Assembly (NCBI GenBank): GCA_016748015.1
Contig: JAAOMT010000420.1
Coordinates: 1 to 64,000, forward strand
Source of the DNA: Geosiphon pyriformis uo1
Taxonomy: Eukaryota > Fungi > Glomeromycota
Direction: 5' to 3'
DNA: 64,000 bases
Of this stretch, positions 1 through 12,675 are shown one piece after another (the stretch's first letter is position 1; each line of letters opens with the position of its first letter). The notes below the pieces were generated by a model. It searched no databases. It was not told the DNA's origin and worked only from the letters and a program-made list of their open reading frames with translations. A program made the translations under genes and the position numbers.

Positions 1-509
1 CTAATTTTCGTTCTGGAGAATCCGCGGCAACTGGTATAATCTGAGCGATCTCTTTAGACCCATTTAGAAATGTATAACTGATTATATCACAAACATAAGA
101 ATCGGGCGCACATTGGGTATTATTTAGTGGTCCACAAGGGTTGATCTGATAAACTGTTTCTCTTTTTGTTGGCGGAGTTTCTTCTTCAATTATTGTATTA
201 ATTTGTCTGAAAGAAAACGTTCATTTAGTAAAGAATGCAGCATGTATCAAAGATTTCTTAAACCCATGAGAAATGAGTGTTCAAAGCTTAAGGATTAAAC
301 ATAAAGCTGGAACCACTTTCCAGAAACAAACAAACAAACAAACAAACAATGCCAAGAGTTAAACAAAGTTACTTGTTAAGCGCTGTCAAATCGAAAATAA
401 ATCCTTCTTGTTCAATTTCCGAACAATTAAAAGCTTTAACGAGCGAAAAATTTAAGAATGATAAAAATGCGAATACTCCAAGGATCCTAGAAAATTTGTG
501 GATTCCCAT
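1..509 (-). CDS. ATG27: Autophagy-related protein 27 / mannose-6-phosphate-receptor-homology membrane protein (5' part; runs off left edge)
   Basis: Signal peptide MGIHKFSRILGVFAFLSFLNFSLVKA, then FNC..FDLTAL. GT-AG intron 207-372. Exon 2 reads ETPPTKRETVYQINPCGPLNNTQCAPDSYVC, the Atg27/MRH pattern. Confidence 0.7.
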
Positions 510-811
510 TATTCCAACACAAGTGATGTTTGGAATGGAGGTCTGATTCAAAAGGAAAAGAGAGAAGCTAAAGCTGTTGGTTTCTTTACGTGATTGATAT
601 AAATTTTTAAAATATTAGACATCATGAAATGGTGTCCATTTAAGTCTGATATCATAATATGAACTTTGACGAGTTGAGACATTTTACCTCTGTGAAACGT
701 CTGGAAGAATACGGCATAAGATTTAGGCTCAAAATTTAGTTGGGGCGATTATCAATTTAACATTTTACATGTTATAGTTTATTTTGATTTAATTTCATTA
801 TTGACAATAAT

Positions 812-3481
812 TTACATTCTAAACACGCCAAATCGCGTCTTTTCAATCGGTGCATTCAGAGATGCACTGAGTGCTAATGAAATCACGTTACGAGTATCTA
901 CCGGGTCGATTACGCCATCATCCCAGAGACGTGCGGACGAATAATAAGGATGGCCCTCAATTTCATACCGTTCACAAATTGGCTTTTTAAATAAATTTTC
1001 TTCCTCAGTTGACCACTAGAACAAATTTGGTTTTATTCTTTGAATTCATGATTATAATAGAGGGATATGAAATAAAGACAAACCTCTTCTCCTTTTTTGG
1101 CTTTAGCATCTCTTTTGACTGTAGCCAAGACGCTGGCAGCTTGTTCTCCACCCATTACAGATATCCTTGCATTCTTCAACGAGTTATTAAAGAACACCAA
1201 ATAATGCGACAATTGGAAATTTTAACAAAGAGGAAAAACCTACCGGCCATTGCCACAAAAATCTTGGGCTGCTAGATCTACCACACATCCCATAATTTCC
1301 AGCTCCAAAACTGCCTCCAATTATTATTGTAAATTTGGGAACTTTGGCGCATGACACAGCAGTGACCATTTTGGCTCCATTTTTTGCAATGCCACCAGCC
1401 TCGGCTGAAGATCCCACCATGAAACCGGTAATATTCTGAAGAAAACATAGTGGGATATCACGCTGAGAACATAATTCAATGAAATGCGCCCCTTTGAGAG
1501 CAGATTCCGAAAATAAAATTCCATTGTTCGCAATTATACCAATCGGGTATCCATGAATTCGAGCGAAGCCTGTTTAATAAGATAAACGCGTCATTTTTTT
1601 CCAAACTTTTAAATATTCAATTCCTCATGTTTACCTGTGACCAAAGTTGTTCCATAGAGCTCTTTAAATTCGGCGAAGCGGCTACCGTCAACCAAACGGG
1701 CAATGACATTTTTAACATCAAATGATTTCCGCAAGTTATCGCCTACAATACCTCCTAATTCAGAAGCCGGGTATAAGGGGTCTTGGGGAGGTTTTGTTGT
1801 CACCTATAATACAACTTTTAGTAGGGTAACTATTTGTTAACAATTTCTGAAAATTTCAATATATTTACAGAGGGTCTTTTGCTCCAATTAAGATTCTCGA
1901 CAACACGGCGACCCAAAACAAGTGCGTGTTCATCACTCAAAGCATAATGATCTGTGACACCAGAAGTGCGACCTATTTAAAAAGGAAGAGTGGTTAAAAT
2001 CAGAACAATTTGAGTTTTAAGATATTTGAGAATTTTCAGGAGATAATGATCTAGAAACTAACAATGTAAATCCGCCCCGCCAAGTTCCTCCGCTGTCACG
2101 ACCTCACCAGTAGCGGCTTTCACCAAGGGCGGCCCACCTAGGAAAATGGTGCCTTGCTTAGCAACTATAATACTTTCATCCGCCATTGCTGGTAAATAGG
2201 CGCCCCCCGCTGTGCAAGATCCCATCACAACGGCAATTTGGGGTATTCCTTCAGCAGACAAATTTGCCTCATTCACGTAAAATATCGCGTTATCGGGTTG
2301 ATGTGGAAAATTCAATGATCTTTAAAAATCGGTAGGTAAATTTTTACCTCATTGTAGAAGATACGTCCAAAATGATCACGATCAGGAAATACCTCGGCTT
2401 GGTGAGGCAAATTAGCGCCCCCAGAGTCAACTATTGAAAGACGCGACAAATCAAACTCGTGTTAAAATGTTATTCCAAGTTTAAAATATCATAAAGCATA
2501 CCCAAATAAATGCATGGTAATCTATTCTCCTTCGCAATTTCTTGCGCCCGTAAATGTTTTTTTACTAATATACACATTAAAATAAGTTGTTAAAATTAAA
2601 TATGTTTTCATTAAATACCGATATTTGCTATCGTTACCAGTGATCGGATAATAAGTTCCTCCTTTGACGGTTGAATCGTTAGCTATAATCATACACTCTA
2701 CACTAGTTGATATCCATGAATCAATCAAATAGCATCCAAGAAAAATTAAATATAAACTCCACTGACCCTTTGACACGACCAATTCCTGTGATTATACCAC
2801 CAGCAGGAACTAAATCAGAATACAAGTTGTAGCCAGCAAGCTGTGAAAGCTCAAGGAATGGGGAGCTAAAGAAAATCATATTTCGGATAAGTATTCCATT
2901 CCACTCAATAAAATTTAATTCGAGCAATTGAAAATCTAACTCACCCATTGTCCAATAATCGGTTAATGCTGTACAATTAATAACCGGTTTAGATGCCTTT
3001 CAAGCAAACACATAATCTATTGAAAAAAATATCAAAAATATTGCCTTACCGATCACGAGGTAGCAATTTTTGGCGACTCAGATGGCGTTTCCGGGATTCT
3101 TCTCCGCCACCTTTTGACCAAAAATCAGTTTTTGTTAAATTATAATTTCACCAAAAAAAAAATAAATCTTTGACCTAATTTAATTTTATCTACTAGATTT
3201 CGAAGATCTTTCACTAATGCTTCCATTCTCGAGGCATTTTCCTATTATCAAATACTCTTTTAATCCTCTGAAATTCTTTATATAATTTAAAGCAGTGTAC
3301 AAACAGGACATAAACTGACCTTGAATTCCTCTGATTCTATATCTACGTTATTAGGCAAAATGCTTGCGGTTTCTTCGTGGCATGAATGATAGCAGCTATT
3401 TCTAAATTGGCTTTTGAAAAGGGAAAAAGGCTTCAAAAAAGCTTTACTGTTCTTTGAGATCAGAAAGTGTCTTGAAAGCAT
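812..3481 (-). CDS. MCCC2: Methylcrotonoyl-CoA carboxylase beta chain, mitochondrial (multi-exon)
   Basis: Motifs [48 protein letters not shown] and C-terminal FGVFRM*. Basic N-terminal presequence. Confidence 0.95.
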
Positions 3482-3657
3482 TGTTTTCAAATTTTAGATT
3501 AAATGAAAATCAAAAATCTTTATTTCTTGCTTTTTGGTTCAACAACATTAATCTAATCAGGGCGCTCATCAATTTGACCAAAATAAAAATATCTTCGTGG
3601 GAATAATCACCCTAATTGGGTGTTGGAATTTTCTTGCTTTCTCTTTAATTCTTTGCA

Positions 3658-6064
3658 ATGGAAATCGAATCCTCAGAGTATATGCCTTACAAGAACATGA
3701 TATTTCGAATGACTCGTTTTCAACATTATTAAACATGAGTTTGATATTTAGCATCATCAGGTTGATGCTTCAATTTTTGAAGGAAAATAATCTGTCAAAT
3801 ACATATGCTGCTCTTCAGGTTGCAATGATTTATAAAATTTGTCTTTCATCGATTTTTCATGAGACTCAACAGAAAATTTCTGAATTTCTAGGAAGAATCC
3901 ACGATTGCGCTCAATACTGTTGATTCTGTTGAATCATTCACTGAAGAAATTATTCAAGGTCATTGGGATACTGTTTTAAGAACAGTTTCTAATTTAAAAA
4001 TCCCTCAACGAAAATTGCTTGATCTTTATGAACAAGTAATGCATCAAATAATTGGGTTTTCCAGGAGGATTATTATTTATTAAAACCTATGATGCTTGAA
4101 TGTTTTTAGATTGTCTTGGAATTAATAGAGATGCGTGAACTTGGTGCAGCGCGTACTTTATTAAGACAAACTGATCCGATGCAAACGTTAAGAGATCATT
4201 TCTCAGAGCGATATTTACACCTTGAGCACTTACTTTCCAGGACTTGGTTCGATGCAAAAGAGGTAAGTGGTTTACCCTCCCATTATATATAATTGAATGC
4301 GGTCACATTTGTCTTATTATTATAAGTATCTAGGCATACCCTCCAGGAATGACTAAAGAAAAACGCCGAGAAATTATCGCTCAAGGTTTAATTGTGGTCA
4401 TTTATGCTCTTCCAGGCAAATCATGAACTTTTGATTTCTTATTTATTACTAGCACTTTCGGGCGAGGTCACGGTCGTGGCTCCATCAAGGCTCTTAGCCC
4501 TCCTTGGTCAAGCGTTAAAATGGCAGCAACATCAAGGCCTTTTGCCACCTGATACTGCTTTCGATCTTTTTCGTGGATCTGCACCAACAACAAAAGCCGA
4601 GGATGATGCTGAACCCACAAGATCTTATGCTACCATTAAAGTATAAATCCTGATCTTTAAATAGACGAGCTTTTGATTATTAGTGATTTTAATTGCGTAA
4701 ATATTTTTATAGTTTCCAAAAAAACAACATGCTGAATCTGTCACATTTTCCCCCGATGGACAGTATTTGGTTACTGGGACTATGGATGGATTCATAGAAA
4801 TTTGGAACTACCTAACTGGAAAACTTCGCAAAGATTTCAAATACCAGGTTGAGGTAAGTGCTAAATTTTATTGCCTACTTTCTTACAAACTTGCTTAATC
4901 AATACTTGTTACTTAAATAGGATAATCCAATGCTTATGGAGGATCCAGTATTATGCTTGAGTTTTAGTCGAGACAGTGAGATGTTAGCCTCAGGCTCTCA
5001 AGATGGTACCATTAAGGTAGATGCAGTATTTTGACTAAATTTTTGTCCTTCCATATTGAAATCCGGCTAATTTTCGTCAGTCAGGTATGGAAAATTCAAT
5101 CAGGTCAGTGTACGCGAAGGTTTTCTCCAGCACATAGTCAAGGGGTGACCTCGGTGTGCTTCAATCGTGATGGTAGTCAGATTTTGAGCTCAAGCTTCGA
5201 TCATACCGTCCGGTATGTCTTCCCTTAGCTTTTTATTAAATATGGTGTCAAATTACAATCACCTTATTTCTAGCAATCTAGACTTCACGGATTAAAATCG
5301 GGAAAGACTTTGAAAGAATTCCGTGGTCATTCTTCTTTTGTAAACAATGCTATTTTTTCATATGACATGACACGAGTAATCAGTGCTAGTAGCGATGGGA
5401 CTGTTAAGGTATTTGAAATTAGATTCATATATTATATAGGACAGAGCACTTTTAAAATTGGTTAAATATATTTTTCATCAAGTAGATCTGGGATAGTAAA
5501 TCGACGGATTGTCTTCATTCAATATTACCCAATAGTGTTCAAGCGGCAACCACAATATCTGGTGGTATAGCGGTTAATTGTGTGATACAAATGCCGAAAA
5601 ATATGGATCACATAGTCGTTTGCAACAAAAGCCCAATGGTGTATTTGATGACGATGAGAGGTCAGGTAAGGTTTGCATTCAAAATTTAAAGCAAAAATAT
5701 TACATTAGAGTTTAATTCATAAAATACTAATTAACCGATTTTTTTAGATCCTAAAAACATTCACCTCAGGTAAAAACGCTGGAGGTGATTTTGTTAGTTG
5801 TACTGTATCTTCGCAAGGTGATTATATTTATTGCATTGGAGAGGATTCAATACTTTATAGTTTCAACGTGCAATCTGGAAAAGTGACAACGACGTTAAAG
5901 GTAAAGATATTAAAGCTACAGAATTTTTTTTGTACGCGTTTTATTTTAATCAAAAAATATTCTAGTTATCCGAAGCTGAAGTCATCGGCGTATCACATCA
6001 TCCTTTTTCCAATATTCTTGCTTCATATGCAGATGATGGTGTCATATCATTATGGAAACCTTAG
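3658..6064 (+). CDS. SMU1: WD40 repeat spliceosomal protein SMU1 (LisH/CTLH + WD40), multi-exon
   Basis: [53 protein letters not shown] and terminal [15 protein letters not shown]...LWKP*. Confidence 0.95.
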
Positions 6065-6310
6065 ATTATGTAGTGGAAAATCTAATATGCAAGATTAATT
6101 ATGCAATCTCCAAAAATTCCAGACAATGTACATTAAATTTTTTTTAATTAAACTTGTTCTTCACAAATTTAGGGCAAGTCAAAAAATATTTTAATTAAAA
6201 AATCATTATTCAAATAAAATAGGGGGGGTTGAAACTTGGATTTTTTTAGCAACGAAGCGAACCAAACTGTTACTGTCCATCTTGATAATAATGAACTAGC
6301 TTTAAGTATT

Positions 6311-7469
6311 CTAAATGGAATCGCCAGCGCCCAAAACTGGACCAACCGACGAAGTACTAGGATCCTCGTCGATGGGACCGGTCATTGTCCCTAATTAATA
6401 AATGTCAATAATAAAGGTGAACTTACAAGTAATTAAAACAGGGAAACTTAAATCAAAACGAATTCACGAAATACAGAAACTCACCCTTATGTACATATTC
6501 TAAAGTCATGACCACATCACGCATATCTCGTTCAATAACCTCGGCCCAATTCTGCACATCCCCTAGTTCCTATTGATTTTTTCAACTGAAATTGTTAAAT
6601 CGCGCTTTTAGGAAATTCTGCAAACACGAAAACAACCTTTAATGCAGCACTCAATCCGTCAATCATGCCTGTCCATTGTTTAGTCTGTTTCGTCAATTTT
6701 GTCGTTTGCGTAGCGAGTTTACGTGCTTCGGCTTCAATCTCGCGTTGTGTTTGAAATATTGACGCGACTCTTTTATAGGTTAGTGAGGATTGATTTTTTA
6801 TGCGGAAGAATTATGCCTTTAGATTGATGATAAAGATAACTCATTCCAATTTTGAATAGAATAATTCAAATTAATAAAAGGTAAGTCCTGGGAATTACAA
6901 AAGGACAATTTCTTTGAGGTAAATTTTTTGCTCAATTTTTAAACCATTTTACAAAAGTCTTTTCATTCAAGATTTCCTACCTGAACCAGGAACTATCCTT
7001 CAAACTAGCAGTAGCTTGCGCTAAGCGTCGAACTAGCAGTTCATTACTGTTGGACTAAGTTCTTGACTCATTCAGCCACCAAATGAGCAGCTCTTAACTT
7101 ATTCAAACCCTTATATCCCTAATCCCCAAAATTCACCTAACTTGTTCTTCTTTCACTTGATAAATCCAGCCATTAACTCTTTCCAATACTTTGAGAGACC
7201 TCAGTGCCCACCCTTTTTCTAACTAAAAGCTCATTCCACCGAAACTGTTCTCTATACCTTGCATTCAAGGACTCAGCCAAAGAATCGGATACGTCATTTA
7301 CCGCCTGAACAGCTTCTTTTCTAAGTTGTTCTTTAAATTTAAAAAAGATGGGTGAATAGTGAAGGTTGGGAAGGCTAACAGATAGAATTATTGAAAAAGT
7401 AAAAAAACCATTATGCTTTCGAACATTTTGTTGTTTTTGAGTGTGGTCACGGATGAGACGCGCAAGCAT
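6311..7469 (-). CDS. BLOC1S1: BLOC-1 subunit 1 (BLOS1/GCN5L1)
   Basis: Five exons: MLARLIRDH..EQLRKEAVQAV..LNARV..QREIEAEARKL..QTKQW..ALKELGDVQNWAEVIERDM. Confidence 0.92.
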
Positions 7470-7620
7470 TTTTGAAAGTCGAAAATGAGTATGAGTCAAG
7501 TCTTGTAATTATATTGCCAATTAATGACGAATTAATGCAGCCTGCCTATCAAACTTTCTACTTGCACTAATTTAGAAATATAGCCTCACTAAGAATGTTT
7601 TATCCTTGAGAACTGTGAAA

Positions 7621-10600
7621 ATGCTGTCAACACCATTCACGTTACAGACGATCATAGGTAACTTAGAGCTTGATGAAAATCAACAGCCTGCCACACAAAC
7701 AACCACAAGTCAGTCTGGCTTATCACTTTTTAACCGCCGGTCCAAAGCTAGTTCAACTGCAAATAGTGGGGCAGCGGCTGGTACACGCTTTGGATGGGGA
7801 AACAGAGACAATCGCGTGATTGTTGAAACTGTAGAAGCTTGGGGTATGCTTGGGATTTTGCTTAAGGGCTCTTTTATGGAATGGTTAACCTTCGCTTGCA
7901 AAGCATTGTACTCCTTCGTATAATTATATAACAAAGCTAAAAGACAAACAAGTAAAATAGAATTTCCAAATGGAAATGGCTAAAATAAAAATTGAACCAA
8001 TTGCCAGTTTAAAGGGTATAGATTTAACTGAAATCAATCCTTTTGATTTTCTCTTTGTGTACAATATCAGAGAATAATGTATATGTAGGGACATCCGATG
8101 GACATCTAATTCACTACGTTCTTGAGGATCAAATAAATACAGAGAATGTATGTACATTCAAATATATTCGCGTCAATAATTATAATTTCAATAAACCTCC
8201 TATCATGTCAAAAAATTATTTACCAATCACCTTTTGAATATTTGCGTACCACTTGATTCGTATTTGAAGAGTATCCCAAAAAGTTACCTGATTGAAAAGC
8301 ACAATCTTGGTTTTGGCCGCAAATTTGTAGAGCGTATTTTATTATTGCCCCAAATCCAGAAAGCTGTCATTTTATGTGGTAAGTATTAGTGTTAAAATTC
8401 GCGGCCAATTTCAATTCTGTTCTTAAGATTCCATTTAATCAAGCTCCAGCCAATTGGATTCATTCTCACGCTTTCAATCCCTTCAGATTCTACATTATCC
8501 TTTTACTTGCTTCCTCAAATGGAACCTTTGCCTTTCCAGTATATCAAGGGTGTCACATGTTTTACGTATGATCTCGCGAAAGAAGGGGTAACGGAAGATG
8601 ATGGTTCGGTAAAATTATGCGTCATAAAAAAGCGAGCCGTCCACACGTATATCATCAGAGAAGAGTTAAACGAGTTAACACCGGTATAAAAATTGAAATA
8701 TTCTTCACATAAATTATATAAAACTAGGCTCATCTAGATTGTGTCATTCGAATCATTCTCATTAAATAGAGTCTCCCCTTAGCAAATGGGGGAATTGTTG
8801 CCTGCCAGTATGGCTCTTCCTTGTGTATTGCAGACAGCACATACAAATATAGGCTGATTGATCTTGTTCAACGGCGTATGATTGATATAGGAGAATATAT
8901 GGATTCACATCAACCGCAAGAACGTAACTCGACTCCTGGAGGTGGCAGTTTCAAGCCTCTGGTGACAGTAATAGGGGGCACCCAGACGAGCGGCCGAAAT
9001 AGTATGGAAGGAGAGTTTTTATTGGCATTGCATGGGCGCTCTGGTCATATCCTTTGAACCTACTTTTATTTTTGAAAATCAGGTTTTTCGCAAATTTTAC
9101 GAGGATTATCTTTAAATTTTTTATTTCACAGACTACTCTTGGCCAATTCGTATCTTCAAAGGGTGATCCCATTCGTGGAGTGCTACGTTGGTCTAGCTTT
9201 CCAAGAGCAATAGGTTCCTATTCAAAATCTATTTGGGCTGATTGTACATAGAGAATTAATTTTAATCTTGATTTCAAATTTATAGGGGTTGAATACCCTT
9301 ATGTGATAGCACTTCTAAGAAACAACACTATAGAAATACACAATGTTGTAAACCAAGCCCTGATACAAACTATACAACTTTCCCCTATTGAAGCACGAAC
9401 AATATCTCAAGGTCCTGGTATCAAAGTTTGGGTCTCGGCGTTGCTTGAGCGATTGCGATTGGAAAGTTGCTCTTTTTATGAAGAGGATTCTCTCGAATCC
9501 ATGGATGTTCAAGTGCTTAGTATCGATGATGGAAACAATAAAGAAAATACGGAGAGAGGATCATCGCGTCAAATGGCCACTCAATTTCCACAGCCAGATT
9601 TTGTCGCCACCGTTCCCACCCGGATTTTAATAGCTGGTCACTATTCTATTTTGGCCTTGGCCCCATCACCCCTTATAGTGCAGGTGAGTTCACTGTATTT
9701 TCTAGACTAAGTTTTGAAATGAAAGCCTCTATTATAATTAGGAATATCAACTAATTTAAGGTCGACGCATTACTGGACGCTAATCGTGTGGAAGACGCGA
9801 TAAACTATGCCGAGCAGGCTTTATCAACCGTAGTAGATAATATTCATCGTGAAAGAATGGTAAAATAAAAGTTGAATTGTATCGTCGAAATAATTCGATG
9901 AACTTTCATCACATTATTCTTTTTGTATTAATGATAGCAACACGAGTTGAATTATATTTACCAAAAATCAGGATTTATATGTCTTGGAGAAACTCTATTT
10001 GATGTCGCCGGTGGTTTCTTAGAGCGAGGAAACATAGATCCTCGAATAATCATTGGCTTATTCCCTGAGATGAGGGGGCTACTCCCTGAAAATTTTAAAC
10101 CGACTGTCTACGCCGGTGTTAAAGCAATTTTTTCTCGTCTAGGCAATATAGAGGATATTGGTAAACTTTTTTATGTGTGACTGTTGATTTAATGATATTA
10201 AATGAACTCATTTTATCCATTTTCGAAGTATTCCAAAGCTTGATCAAAAATTACGATCCCCATATAAAACCTGACGTTCAAAGTTCACCGGCTACACAGG
10301 GTTTACGTAAAGTCCTATTGGGGAATGCGAATGAAATGTTGAGAAGTTATTTGACCAATTACCGGCAAACTCGCAAAAAGCTTCGCCCAGCCCAAGATTT
10401 GGATAAAATTATTTTGCGGGTTCGTCTGCTTTGAATTTTTTACGGTTACTTTTTAATTTGCTCACAAATGCCTTGAGGACTTTTAGGCAGTGGATAATAC
10501 CCTTGTAAGACTTTATTGTGCTTCAGACTCTACAGAACTTTTGAATTCTCTGTTATTGGATGAAAATCAATGCGTTTTGGAATTTTGCGAAGATATCTTG

Positions 10601-12545
10601 GAGAAATATAAGAAATATTTCGCTTTATCTCTCCTGTATAAAAGCAAAAAACAATATTACAAAACATTGAAAATCTGGAAAGAGTTAGTAATCAGTAGGT
10701 CACTGTATGCTAGATAAATGTGAAATGATGAAATATCTAAGAAATCTTTCTTTCTCAGAATGATCAGTTCAGAAACTCCTGAGCCAGATTTTAAAGATGG
10801 GCTTAAAAAAATGGCCGAATTACTTTCGACAATAGACGACGTAGATCTAGTTTGGGAATATTCCAACTGGATAATTCCAAAGGATCAAGTTTTGGCTGCT
10901 CAGGTAAACGTTTATCTTACCCGAATTCTACCTTTGACTATAATTACTCTCATTACAGAGTTCATTTCTTTAATATTAAAACAAATCAATAAAAGATATT
11001 TATTCGATCCGATCTTCGACAACCATTTTTCATCGAACCGAATAAAGTAATCAAGGAATTACGCTTGGCAGGCTATGTTGGGCTAACCATGTATTTAGAG
11101 CATATAGTATTGCAGCGTAACAGTGAGGTTGTTAATATTTCTTACTTATGATTCTTTCATTTAAAAATATTTACCGATAATTTCCTGCTTATTTATTTTC
11201 AGGAGGTAGCATATCATACAGAACTCGCATTATTATACATCAATGAAATTGAACTCGGATTGATGAAGAGCAATGATACAGCGAAGCTTGACACGTTAAG
11301 TAAGATTATTAATGAAAACGGGTATTAAGATATTTGTTTTCTCACTCTGATTTCAAGCCTTACACTATTTCATGTTTGATCAATAGAGAAGGAATTCCAA
11401 AATTCAAACAAGACTTCTTCCCTAACTTACCTCTCGTTTCTCTCATCGCGACCCCCGGATTTTGTATCACAGTCACGTGTCAAATTTATCGCCTTTCTTC
11501 AATTATCCATGCGATACGATGTTAGTGTGGTACTAGATAAACTTTTAAAATCTCAATATAATTTGGAGGCTGAACTAGCTCTTGTTTACGGCCAGGTAAG
11601 ATCAATGATCAATTCACTGAAACGTTTAATGTACTGGTTGATAATTCAAAGAATTATATTGCCGCCATTTTTAGATGCATGAATATGAGAAAGCGTTGCA
11701 CATTTTAATCGACCAACTTGGGGATTATCGTGGAGCAGAAACTTTTTGTCTCTACGTTGGTCGTATGATTGGTTTAGTGCCCGAGACTTCGGCAGCAGCT
11801 GAAAAAAGACAAACGGCAGAACATAAAAAGTTATTAGAAGATAAATCTTTAGTTGGAGTACGAAGGGGATTATTTTTGGAACTATTAAAAGTTTATCTGG
11901 AAATGGAAAATAGGTACCAAGTTAATTTTTTATTGAAAAAGATCTTGCTTTACAAATTTATCTACATTATTTTTTTGCTGTACCAAGGCATAATTCATTG
12001 GAAAAAATACTGAAATTGTTAAACAAACAAGCGGTTTATTTGGATATCGTCGAGGTAGACTAAAAACACCATTCTCCTTGATCAAGACTAAATCCTAATC
12101 ATTTTTATCTTTCAAATACATTTCTTTCCTCCCATAATAGGTTCTTGCTTTATTGCCCGAGACTTGGTCAATTGAAATGTTGAACGAATTCTTGGGCCGT
12201 TCAATCCGGCAAAGTTTTCATGATTACCGTGAGAATCAAATTTTAAAGGGCCTAAGTCGGGGAGAAAATATTGTGGTAACATAGATCAAAATATTTCTTT
12301 CTTTCGAACCGACTTTGATAGCTAAGGCTTATTTGCACAAACAGGTGAACGCTGAACTATACAAGTTATACGAAGAGATCGGCCCAGTTGTTATTACCAC
12401 AGAGAATTCCTGTGCTTCTTGCCAAGAATTCATCAACAATGCAGAATTTATGCGACAACCAAATAAGGAGATAGTACATATAAACTGTCCCAAAAAAAAT
12501 AAAATGGTAGGCAATACCGAAGTTACAGTCCATGGAGCGGATTAA
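7621..12545 (+). CDS. Vps39/Vps3 (TGFBRAP1-like) HOPS/CORVET subunit: CNH domain, helical repeats, C-terminal Cys/His finger
   Basis: VYVGTSDGHLIHY, GDPIRGVLRWSSFP, YPYVIALL, IDPRIIIGLFP, HTELALLYI, LPETWSIEML and terminal CASC..HINC. Contains an AT-AC intron at 9047-9129. Confidence 0.88.
9047..9129 (+). other. U12-type AT-AC intron
   Basis: 5' site ATATCCTTT, 3' end TTTCAC. Removal joins GRSG-C|AG-TTLGQFV in frame. Confidence 0.85.
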
Positions 12546-12675
12546 ATCAGTAATGGCGTTAGTAGCTCAATTGAACAAAGCTGAAAAATCTATTTGTAAT
12601 AAAAATTGTAACATTATAAATATAATGCTAAATAAAGATATTATACCTATTTAACCCGTGCTTTCTAAATCATAC

